DNA of 32,000 bases from Pseudodesulfovibrio mercurii (GCF_000189295.2 NC_016803.1:1980001-2012000), one strand, 5' to 3'. Shown: positions 8,737 through 15,979, counted from the first letter of the stretch. The notes: generated by a model not told the origin, from the letters alone. A program made the numbers and translations.

Positions 8737-8767
8737 GCCAAAAATAACCTTAAACGATATCATTGAC

Positions 8768-8908
8768 ATTATCGGGAGATTCTCCCAAAGTCGCCAGGAG
8801 ATTTTCCCGGCACCTTTTTTGTCGGTGGAACCTGTCGTTTGGTACGGGGGTTACCCCCTTTGATAAAATATAATGGCGGACATACAAGGATTGCCATATC
8901 CCGATAAT
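8768..8908. promoter_or_regulatory. Candidate operator repeats upstream of the CI-like repressor gene
   Basis: ATTATCGGGA (8768-8777) and TCCCGATAAT (8899-8908) form a perfect 10-bp inverted pair 121 bp apart. There is a 13-bp palindrome GGGAGATTCTCCC (8774-8786) with a near copy GGAGATTTTCCC (8797-8808). TTGACA at 8764-8769 and TATAAT near 8868 lie in the same region. Confidence 0.3.
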
Positions 8909-8953
8909 AGGGAAGGCCTCCCCCATGCCGTCATCACTCGTTAAGGAGCGACT

Positions 8954-9676
8954 ATGCCCAAGAAGAAACGGAGATGTGACGAAGCGCAGCTCAAGTGGTT
9001 CGAGGAAGCGCTTGAGCGCATCAAGAAGGCGACCGGGGCCCGTACCCAGGTCCAGTTGGCCGAGGTGCTCGACGTCAGACAGTCGAGCATTTCCGACGCC
9101 AAGCGCCGATGCTCAATCCCCGCGGACTGGTTTTTGAAATTGTACCGCAGCCACGGTCTGGACCCGGACTGGCTGTCCGAGGGCGTGGAGCCCGTGTACA
9201 TCAATGCGGACAAGGCCAAGGTCCCGGCCGACACCCTGCTGCGCGAGACCCCGGCCCCCTACGGCCGGATGAACTCCCGCGGCCGCCTGGTGCCGGTCTC
9301 CACCATGGCCGGCGCGGACAAGGACGCCGCCGATTGGGAGCCCAAGTCCATCGAGGAGCTGTCCGTGCCCGAGTCCTTCTGCCGCCCCAGGCTGCTGGTG
9401 GTCAAGGTGGACTCCGCGAGCATGGACCCGGTCATCACGCGCGGCGCCTTCGTGGGCATCGACCGCGACCAGAGCGAGCATCCCGACGGCGACCTGTGCG
9501 CGGTCCACTTCCCGCACCAGGGCCTGACCATTCGCCGGGTCTTCCACCAGGGGGACACCTTCCTGCTCAAGGCGGACAACGACCAGTATTCCGACCTGAC
9601 CATCCCGGCCGAAGAGATGAACGCCCGCACCGTGGGCCGGGTCATCTGGGTCCTGCAGAACCTCGCCCCCATGTAG
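8954..9676 (+). CDS. CI-type HTH repressor with C-terminal S24 (LexA-like) peptidase domain
   Basis: SD AAGGAG at 8943-8948. The N-terminus (QVQLAEVLDVRQSSISDAKRRCSIPADWFLKL) resembles the phage CI repressor HTH. The C-terminus has the S24 layout with the Ser motif DSASMDP and the segment GLTIRRVF where LexA has VKRL. Confidence 0.75.
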   Translation: MPKKKRRCDEAQLKWFEEALERIKKATGARTQVQLAEVLDVRQSSISDAKRRCSIPADWFLKLYRSHGLDPDWLSEGVEPVYINADKAKVPADTLLRETPAPYGRMNSRGRLVPVSTMAGADKDAADWEPKSIEELSVPESFCRPRLLVVKVDSASMDPVITRGAFVGIDRDQSEHPDGDLCAVHFPHQGLTIRRVFHQGDTFLLKADNDQYSDLTIPAEEMNARTVGRVIWVLQNLAPM

Positions 9677-9714
9677 GCCGAGGCGCGGATTCCGGCCTCG
9701 TCAGACGAAAAAAC

Positions 9715-9746
9715 GGGCCGTCCGGACAACGGGCGGCCCTTTTTTT
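9715..9746 (+). terminator. Rho-independent terminator after the repressor gene
   Basis: GGGCCGTCC (9715-9723) pairs with GGGCGGCCC (9731-9739), including one G-U pair, followed by TTTTTTT (9740-9746). Confidence 0.8.
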
Positions 9747-9788
9747 GCGCCCGAAACGCGCGGGGAACGCACCCGGACGCATGTCCCC

Positions 9789-9818
9789 TTGACTTGAAAG
9801 CGCAAGCGGCCCTACTCT
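9789..9818 (+). promoter_or_regulatory. Candidate sigma-70 promoter of panB (TTGACT-N18-TACTCT)
   Basis: -35 TTGACT at 9789-9794 and -10 TACTCT at 9813-9818. The panB ATG lies 7 nt after the -10, and there is no SD. Confidence 0.3.
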
Positions 9819-9825
9819 CCGTGCC

Positions 9826-10713
9826 ATGAGCACCCCCAAGAAGACCACCACCGAGGCCAAGGCCAAGCCCGTCACCGCGCCCGACATCCAGGCCATGAAG
9901 GGCGGCGAAAAAATCTGCTGCATGACCGCCTACGACTACCCGTCCGGGCTCATCGTGGACCAGGCGGGCGTGGACCTCGTCCTGGTGGGCGACTCCCTGG
10001 CCATGGTCGTACTCGGCCGCGAGGACACCCTGTCCGTGACCGTGGACGAGATGGTCCACCACACCCGGGCCGCGGCCCGGGGCGTCCGGCGCGCCCTGCT
10101 GGTGGCCGACATGCCGTTCATGTCCTTCGCCACCGTGGAGCGGGCCCTGTGCACCGCGCACCGGCTCATGGGCGAGGGCGGGGCCCGGGCGGTCAAGCTC
10201 GAGGGCGGCCGGGCCGTGGTCCCGCAGATCACCGCCCTGGTCGAGGCGGGCGTGCCGGTCATGGCCCACGTGGGGCTGACCCCGCAGCACGTGGCCAAAT
10301 TCGGCGGGTTCAAGGCCCAGGGCAAGTCCGCCGAGGCCACCCGCGTGCTCATCGAGGACGCCCAGGCAGTGGAGGAGGCCGGGGCCTTCAGCGTGGTCCT
10401 GGAGGCCATGCCCGTGGAGGCCGCCCGGCTCGTCACCGAGGCCGTGACCATCCCGACCATCGGCATCGGCGCGGGCAACGTGACCGACGGCCAGATCCTG
10501 GTCTACCACGACGCGCTCGGCCTGTTCGACCGCTTCACGCCCAAGTTCGTGCGCCGCTTCGCCGAGCTGGGCGAGGCCTCGCGCAAGGCCGTGGAGATGT
10601 ACTGCGCCGAGGTCCGCAAGACCACCTTCCCCGGCGACAAGAACACCTTCTACATGCCCGAGGCCGAACTGGCGCAGGTCCGCAAGATCAAGGTCAAACC
10701 CAAGAAGAAGTAG
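9826..10713 (+). CDS. panB: 3-methyl-2-oxobutanoate hydroxymethyltransferase (ketopantoate hydroxymethyltransferase)
   Basis: MTAYDY, LVGDSLAMVVLG..DTL.VT.DEM..HT, KLEGG, HVGLTPQ, GGFKAQGK and PTIGIGAG...DGQILV.HD are collinear with E. coli PanB. Confidence 0.9.
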   Translation: MSTPKKTTTEAKAKPVTAPDIQAMKGGEKICCMTAYDYPSGLIVDQAGVDLVLVGDSLAMVVLGREDTLSVTVDEMVHHTRAAARGVRRALLVADMPFMSFATVERALCTAHRLMGEGGARAVKLEGGRAVVPQITALVEAGVPVMAHVGLTPQHVAKFGGFKAQGKSAEATRVLIEDAQAVEEAGAFSVVLEAMPVEAARLVTEAVTIPTIGIGAGNVTDGQILVYHDALGLFDRFTPKFVRRFAELGEASRKAVEMYCAEVRKTTFPGDKNTFYMPEAELAQVRKIKVKPKKK

Positions 10714-11772
10714 ATGACCCTCGACCTCTCCTGGCCGGTCCTCTGGAACGGCCTGTTCTGGCCGCTGATCAGGCTGACCTTCTATATCTCCGTGGCCCTG
10801 ATGGTGGGCATCCTCATCGAGTCCCTGAACTGGACCCGCTACGCGGCCAAGCTGGCCGAGCCCCTGGCCCGGCGCGCCCGGCTCAAGGACATCTCGGCGG
10901 CCAGCTTCACCATGGCCTTCTTCTCCGGGCTGACGGCCAACACCATGCTCGCCGAGGCCCACGAAAAGGGTGAACTGTCGGACCGGGAGCTGGTCCTGTC
11001 CAACCTGTTCAACTCCCTGCCCACCTATTTCCTGCACCTGCCGACCATCTTCTTCATCGCCAGCCCGTTCATCGGCTCGGCGGCCTACACCTACGTGGGG
11101 CTGACCGCCCTGGCCTCGGTCCTGCGGACCATGGGCATCGTCCTGGCGGGCAAGTTCCTGCTCCCGCCCCTGCCCGAGGGATGCCTGCCCTGCCGCTTGG
11201 CCGAGATCGACAAGCGCTGGAACGGGCACCGGGTCAAGATCACCTGGGTCCGCCTGCGCCGGAGGCCCGGCCCGGTCCTGCGCATTCTCGGCCGGAGGCT
11301 GGCCGCCACCCTGTCCCGGGCGCTCAGGGGGGCCTGGAAGCGGTTCACCAAACGGCTGCCCAAGATCCTCTACCTGACCTGCCCCATCTACGCCCTGTTC
11401 TTCGTGCTCAAGCAGCTCGGCCTGTTCGCCTGGCTCCAGTCGGCCATGGCGGGCGGGATTCCCCTGTTCACCTTCCTGCCGCCCGAGGCCCTGTCCATCG
11501 TGGCCTTCCACATGGCCGCCGAGTTCACCGCCGGGCTGGCCGTGGCCAGCGCGCTGATCGCCGACACCTCCCTGACCCAGGTGCAGGTCATCCTGGCCCT
11601 CATGCTCGGCAACGTGCTCTCCTCCCCGGTGCGCGCCTTCCGCCACCAGTTCCCCTACTACGCGGGCATCTTCCGGCCGCGCATGGCCTTCAAGCTTATC
11701 CTCTACAACCAGGTCTCCCGCAGCCTGACCATCGCCCTGGTGGGCGCGGTCTACGCCCTGATCATGCACTGA
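10714..11772 (+). CDS. Polytopic membrane protein, probable nucleoside-recognition (Gate) domain family
   Basis: The ATG immediately follows the panB TAG. The 352 aa contain multiple TM helices. The N-terminal pattern (ESLNWTRYAAKLAEPLARRARL...AASFTMAFFSG) resembles Gate/FeoB-C-like domains; the family call is tentative. Confidence 0.65.
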   Translation: MTLDLSWPVLWNGLFWPLIRLTFYISVALMVGILIESLNWTRYAAKLAEPLARRARLKDISAASFTMAFFSGLTANTMLAEAHEKGELSDRELVLSNLFNSLPTYFLHLPTIFFIASPFIGSAAYTYVGLTALASVLRTMGIVLAGKFLLPPLPEGCLPCRLAEIDKRWNGHRVKITWVRLRRRPGPVLRILGRRLAATLSRALRGAWKRFTKRLPKILYLTCPIYALFFVLKQLGLFAWLQSAMAGGIPLFTFLPPEALSIVAFHMAAEFTAGLAVASALIADTSLTQVQVILALMLGNVLSSPVRAFRHQFPYYAGIFRPRMAFKLILYNQVSRSLTIALVGAVYALIMH

Positions 11773-11783
11773 TCCCGTCCGGG

Positions 11784-11835
11784 TTTGTGCAACGCTGCAC
11801 AAATATTTGTGCAATGCACATCACATTGCACAAAT
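11784..11835. promoter_or_regulatory. Upstream activator sites: two palindromes built from four TTTGTGCAA half-sites
   Basis: First palindrome: TTTGTGCA(11784-11791)-ACGC-TGCACAAA(11796-11803). Second palindrome: TTTGTGCAAT(11806-11815)-N9-ATTGCACAAA(11825-11834). They lie 55-105 bp upstream of the -24 element, the usual geometry for a bacterial enhancer-binding protein. Confidence 0.55.
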
Positions 11836-11887
11836 GTTGAACATGCAACGAATGTATAACGCACCGAAATCATTGACTTCAAGTGTT

Positions 11888-11903
11888 TGGCACGCCCTGT
11901 GCT
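11888..11903 (+). promoter_or_regulatory. Sigma-54 (-24/-12) promoter
   Basis: TGGCACGCCCTGTGCT compared with the consensus TGGCACG-N4-TTGCW. GG is at 11889-90 and GC at 11901-02, which is the exact canonical spacing. Confidence 0.65.
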
Positions 11904-11914
11904 AAAAGCAGGTC

Positions 11915-12115
11915 ATGATTGATGCAGTTACCGTCACTCTCATCATCCTGGTCGCCGTGTTGTTGCGGCGGCCCCTCCTCACCGACCCGGACGCCGACCC
12001 CGGCGTCCGGGAAGTGGAGGAAGATTCAGGCTTCACGGCCGGGGTCCCCGTGCCCGTCCGGACGACAACCCCCCATCCCGTCCGGGTGAAACGACGCAGG
12101 GACCGGGTCATCTAG
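11915..12115 (+). CDS. Candidate small membrane-anchored protein (66 aa); alternatively part of a sigma-54-dependent sRNA
   Basis: Track ORF with GC-rich third positions and an N-terminal hydrophobic helix (VTVTLIILVAVLL). There is no convincing SD, and the predicted transcription start falls on the ATG. Confidence 0.35.
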   Translation: MIDAVTVTLIILVAVLLRRPLLTDPDADPGVREVEEDSGFTAGVPVPVRTTTPHPVRVKRRRDRVI

Positions 12116-12188
12116 CATACACCATACCTCCCTTGAAAAGCAGTTTCTAACCTCAAACCCCTCCTCAAAAGCAGACCTCTAACCCCTC

Positions 12189-12222
12189 GAAAGGGCCGCG
12201 CAAGCGGCCCTTTCCCCGTTTT
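12189..12222 (+). terminator. Terminator of the sigma-54 transcription unit
   Basis: GAAAGGGCCGC (12189-12199) pairs with GCGGCCCTTTC (12204-12214) around a GCAA tetraloop, followed by CCCGTTTT. Confidence 0.6.
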
Positions 12223-12331
12223 GGGGCAGGCCGCGCCTTATCCGGTCTTTTCGGGCCGATTCCTTGTCATATTTGCCCTAACGGCGTATGCATATGGCAA
12301 ATCGGCATACTCAAACGGCCCGGACGTGCGC

Positions 12332-13732
12332 ATGAACGACCTCGACAAGGAACACGCCCTCACCGGCGGCAACCTGCTGGAACTCACCGATGACGAGCGC
12401 ATCGCCCGCGTGGTCGAACGGATCGAGGCCAAGTTCCTCGACTATGACGGCTACGACTTCTCCCGGCGCCAGACCCTCGCCCTGAACATCTTCTTCGAAC
12501 TCGCCCAGGAGATGCGCGGCCGCGAAATGTTCTACGCGGTCTGCATGGCCATCCCCCTGGCCCTGTTCAACCTCGAATCGACCATGTACATCCTCGAGGA
12601 CGAGGAGACCTTCGCCCTGGCCGCCTGCTCCTCGGGCAAGTGCGACAAGGAGTCCACCCAGCCCTGGAGCGACGTCATGAACGAGCGGCTGACCATCCGG
12701 GGCGAGAGCATGTACGTGCCCATCCGGGGCAACCCGGAATTCAACGACATGCTCGCCTTCGAGCCGCCCCACAACGTGCTCGGCAGCTTCGTCATGCGCC
12801 CCTGCGCGGGCATGCCCGGCCATGCCCGGCTCTTCCTCGAAAAGTACGTCAACCGCGTGGGCTACCAACTGCACCACCGGATCATCCGCGCCCGCAACCG
12901 CGAGCACATCGCCTTCATCAAGTCCATGGTCCAGGACATCGGGCACAACGTCATCGTGCCCAACATGTACTTCAAGCTCTATTTCAACCGGCTCAAGCGC
13001 AAGATCGAGCAGCTGCACCTGACCACCACCTCCATCCTGGGCGAGCTGAACAAGGGCGCCAGCCCGGAACTGGTCGCCGAGGGCAACCGGCTGGCCGAGA
13101 TCGCCGGGGGCATCGAGGCCCAGTACCAGGAGATCTACTCCCACTACGAGTCCACCTCCATGTTCCTGGAGACCCTGCTCAGGCGGCGGCACTTCGAGGA
13201 GGGCCGCTACGTGCTCGACAAGCGGGACGTGAACCTGCGGACCACGGTCATCGATCCGGTCATCGAGCGTTTCCGCCACCGCTTCGAGGAACAGCACATC
13301 CGCCTGATCCTGGCCACGGAGTGCGCCGAGGACCAGGTCATCCGCCTGGTCCTGGACCGGGGCCTGATCGCCCAGGTCCTCGACAACCTCCTGTCCAACG
13401 CCCTGAAATACACGGAAAAGGTTGTCATCCCGGAAGGCCGGAAGGAAAAGCGCGCCACCTACGGCTGGAAGGTCCTCGAAGACTTCTTCGGCCCGGGCAA
13501 GCCCGGCATCCGGCTGTGGATCACCTCCTCGGGCGCCGCCCTGGACCTGAACGAGCCCATGGACGTGTTCAAGCCCGGCTTCCGCGCGGGCAACGTGGCC
13601 CACAAGTCCGGCACCGGACGCGGCCTCTACTTCGTCCGCCAGGTGGTCGAGCTGCACGGCGGCAAGGTCTCCTACGAACACACCCCCGACGGGAATACGT
13701 TCTCCTTTGTCCTGCCCTTCGAGCAGACGTAA
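12332..13732 (+). CDS. Cytoplasmic sensor histidine kinase (GAF-like N-terminus, HATPase_c C-terminus), no cognate regulator in the window
   Basis: Track ORF (TTG at 12221) trimmed to ATG 12332 (MNDLDKEH). N-box LLSNALKYT, and G-box GTGRGLYFVRQVVELHGGKVSYEHTPDGNTFSFVLP. The candidate phospho-His region is FIKSMVQDIGHNVIVPN. No TM helices are present. Confidence 0.8.
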   Translation: MNDLDKEHALTGGNLLELTDDERIARVVERIEAKFLDYDGYDFSRRQTLALNIFFELAQEMRGREMFYAVCMAIPLALFNLESTMYILEDEETFALAACSSGKCDKESTQPWSDVMNERLTIRGESMYVPIRGNPEFNDMLAFEPPHNVLGSFVMRPCAGMPGHARLFLEKYVNRVGYQLHHRIIRARNREHIAFIKSMVQDIGHNVIVPNMYFKLYFNRLKRKIEQLHLTTTSILGELNKGASPELVAEGNRLAEIAGGIEAQYQEIYSHYESTSMFLETLLRRRHFEEGRYVLDKRDVNLRTTVIDPVIERFRHRFEEQHIRLILATECAEDQVIRLVLDRGLIAQVLDNLLSNALKYTEKVVIPEGRKEKRATYGWKVLEDFFGPGKPGIRLWITSSGAALDLNEPMDVFKPGFRAGNVAHKSGTGRGLYFVRQVVELHGGKVSYEHTPDGNTFSFVLPFEQT

Positions 13733-13740
13733 TTTTGTTG

Positions 13741-13849
13741 GCGGCGGCTTGCGATAGCGGGCCGTCTGCACATTTTTTCCAGGGGGCTTTCGTCCTCACG
13801 TAGGCCCACTACGCTGCGGCGAAAGCCCCCTGGAAGAAAATGCACAGCC
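13741..13849. repeat. Interspersed palindromic repeat, family 2, short copy
   Basis: TGCACATTTTTTCCAGGGGGCTTTCG (13767-13792) pairs imperfectly with CGAAAGCCCCCTGGAAGAAAATGCACA (13820-13846). Flank and arms match the inverted copy at 16208-16365. Confidence 0.8.
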
Positions 13850-13944
13850 AACCCACTCTCACAAGCCTCGGTCTGGGCGTTTGGGGGAGGGGCGGTTGTT
13901 GGTTGTTAGGGGTGGGGCGCGAAGAAGAGCGGGGGGGTGTCCGC

Positions 13945-13973
13945 TTGACAAGCGGGGGCGGGTCCTGTCCAAT
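13945..13973 (+). promoter_or_regulatory. Candidate sigma-70 promoter of the LysE-family gene (TTGACA-N17-TCCAAT)
   Basis: TTGACA (13945-13950) is embedded in the palindrome CCGCTTGACAAGCGG. After a 17-nt spacer comes TCCAAT (13968-13973), 35 nt before the ATG. Confidence 0.3.
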
Positions 13974-14007
13974 CGCAAGTCGACCCCACTTCAGCCCCGG
14001 AGCCCGC

Positions 14008-14631
14008 ATGGATTTGGATACCTATCTGGTCTTTCTGACCGCCACCGTGGTGGTGCTGCTCATTCCCGGCCCCACCGTGATGATGGTCGTGGGCAGCTCG
14101 CTCACCCAGGGACGGCGCGCCGCCGTGCCCCTGGCGCTGGGCGTGGGGCTCGGCAACTTCGTGGCCGCCGTGGCCTCCCTGGCCGGGCTGGGCATGCTGC
14201 TCGCCGCGTCCGCCGAGCTGTTCGCGGTCTTCAAGTGGGCGGGCGCGGCCTATCTCGTGTACCTGGGCGTCAAGGCCTGGCGGGCCGACCCCGCCGCCGG
14301 GACCGGGCCGGACTGCGTGCGCCCGGCCAGCAACCGGACCCACCTGCTCAACGCCTGTCTGGTCACGGCCACCAACCCCAAGGCCATCGTCTTCCTGTGC
14401 GCCTTCCTGCCCCAGTTCATCGCCCCGGACCGGCCCCAGCTGCCCCAGCTGCTCCTCCTCGAAATCACCGTCCAGGCCCTGACCATGGTCGTGGCCCTGT
14501 TCTACGCCCTGCTCGCGGTCAAGGCCCGACGCATCGTGGCCAACCCCCGGTCCATGAAGACCATCAACCGCATCGGCGGCACCACCCTGATCGGCGCGGG
14601 GATCCTGACTGCGGCGCTGAAGCGGGCGTAA
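14008..14631 (+). CDS. LysE/RhtB-family amino-acid exporter
   Basis: Track ORF trimmed to MDLDTYLVF at 14008. The 207 aa have about 6 TM helices and the family N-terminal motif (L..PGP....V...S...G). Confidence 0.85.
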   Translation: MDLDTYLVFLTATVVVLLIPGPTVMMVVGSSLTQGRRAAVPLALGVGLGNFVAAVASLAGLGMLLAASAELFAVFKWAGAAYLVYLGVKAWRADPAAGTGPDCVRPASNRTHLLNACLVTATNPKAIVFLCAFLPQFIAPDRPQLPQLLLLEITVQALTMVVALFYALLAVKARRIVANPRSMKTINRIGGTTLIGAGILTAALKRA

Positions 14632-14692
14632 CGGAAGGCCGCTTCACGTTTTTTCCCGCCGGACGATCGCCGGTCCCTGAACCAAACAAAAA

Positions 14693-14721
14693 CGCCCCCG
14701 GACCAGGCCGGTCCGGGGGCG
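14693..14721. terminator. Bidirectional hairpin terminator between the convergent LysE and AI-2E genes
   Basis: CGCCCCCGGACC (14693-14704) pairs with GGTCCGGGGGCG (14710-14721). CAAACAAAAA lies on the left, giving a T-run for the minus-strand gene. Confidence 0.65.
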
Positions 14722-14743
14722 CGATGCTTTCCTTGACGGCGGA

Positions 14744-15877
14744 TCAGTCCGCTTCCACAGCCCGTTCCGGTGCGAGCGCGGCCGCCTTCCTGGCCAGGAG
14801 GCGGCGGTAGTAGGACAGGCACAGGCAGGTCATGGGCAGGGCGATGAGCAGGCCCAGGAAGCCGAGGAGGCGGCCCCAGATGGACAGGGACAGGAGGATG
14901 AGCCACGGGGACAAGCCCAGGCTCTCGCCCTGGATCTTCGGCACCAGAACCGCGTCCTGAATGACCTGGACCACGCCCATGACCAGCACGGCCAGGCCGA
15001 TGCCCAGCCAGATGGATTCGCCCGCCTCCAGCGAGTTCAGCCCGGCCAGGAACAGGACCGGCACGGCCCCGGCCACACCCAGATAGGGCGCGATGTTCAG
15101 GATGCCGATGAGCATGCCCATGACCAGTCCCAGGGGCAGGCCGATGAGCACGAAGCCGACGGACATGAGCACGCCCACCAGCAGGCAGACGATGATCTGG
15201 CCCCGGAAATAGAGCCCCATGGTCCTCTCGAACTCGTCCAGGAACCCGACCACGCCCTCGCGATACGACGCGGGCAGGTAGTCCTGCCACCCGGCCTTGA
15301 TGCGCCCGAAATCGGCCAGCAGAAAGATGACGTAGAGCAGGATGACGAACACCCCGAACAGCCCGGCCGCCGCGTTGATCGCGCCCACGGCCACGCCCCG
15401 GATGCCGGGGACCACGTTGCCGAGCACGGTCCTGGCCGCGTTCAGTGCGCCCTGGGCCGTGAACAGGTCCCGCACCTCGGGCGACTGCGCGGTCTCGCGC
15501 ACCCAGGCCCAGATGTCCGGCGGCAGATGCGCGGCCACCTTGTCCGCGAACTCCGTGTTGGAGACCAGTCGCGAAAGGACCTGGCCCATGTGGGCGAACT
15601 CCTTGACCATCATGGGCACCACCAACAGGACCACCCCGGCCACCGCCGCCAGCAGAAGCAGCATGGTCAGCAGCACGGCCACCCCGCGATTGCCCACCCG
15701 CCGCTCCACCCAGCAGGTCAGCGGATTGAGCAGATAGGCCACCAGCAGGGCCGCCACGAACGGCACCAGCACGCCCGACAGATAGTCCAGCAGCCAGACC
15801 ATGCCGATGAAAAACCCGGCCCCCAATACCATCCGCACCACGGAATCCAGGGTGTACGGCTTGCCGCTCTCGAACAT
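14744..15877 (-). CDS. AI-2E family transporter (PerM/YhhT, UPF0118)
   Basis: 377 aa, polytopic, with a GGAGG SD upstream. The conserved C-terminal portion (IPYLG...VQ.I...VL.P...G..L.L.P) is typical of this family. Confidence 0.85.
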   Translation of the reverse strand: MFESGKPYTLDSVVRMVLGAGFFIGMVWLLDYLSGVLVPFVAALLVAYLLNPLTCWVERRVGNRGVAVLLTMLLLLAAVAGVVLLVVPMMVKEFAHMGQVLSRLVSNTEFADKVAAHLPPDIWAWVRETAQSPEVRDLFTAQGALNAARTVLGNVVPGIRGVAVGAINAAAGLFGVFVILLYVIFLLADFGRIKAGWQDYLPASYREGVVGFLDEFERTMGLYFRGQIIVCLLVGVLMSVGFVLIGLPLGLVMGMLIGILNIAPYLGVAGAVPVLFLAGLNSLEAGESIWLGIGLAVLVMGVVQVIQDAVLVPKIQGESLGLSPWLILLSLSIWGRLLGFLGLLIALPMTCLCLSYYRRLLARKAAALAPERAVEAD

Positions 15878-15979
15878 GGCCCCTCCTGAAAAAACTGCAA
15901 GGATTCGAATCTATCCGCCTCCTTACCAGCCCGCCCCGTTTTAGACAACGCCCACTTGTGTGACGATGCCCCGGCGAAC

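Noticed and set aside
6765-8741. 658-aa minus-strand ORF antisense to hflK-hflC
   Set aside because: A shadow frame typical of high-GC DNA. The product is low-complexity and Gly/Ala/Arg/Asp/Leu-rich with no motifs. The plus strand encodes clearly recognisable HflK and HflC.
8740-9750. Prophage or integrative element around the CI-like repressor
   Set aside because: There is no integrase, Cro/antirepressor, att-like direct repeats or phage structural genes. The flanks are hflKC and panB with normal composition.
9259-11814. 851-aa minus-strand ORF spanning the repressor, panB and the membrane-protein gene
   Set aside because: It is antisense to three well-supported genes. Its Gly/Arg/Pro/His-rich composition shows no domain signature. 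It is a GC-driven open frame.
12311-13771. 486-aa minus-strand and 387-aa plus-strand alternative frames over the histidine-kinase gene
   Set aside because: Only the 12332-13732 frame yields kinase motifs (N-box, G-box). The others are Arg/Pro/Gly-rich shadows.
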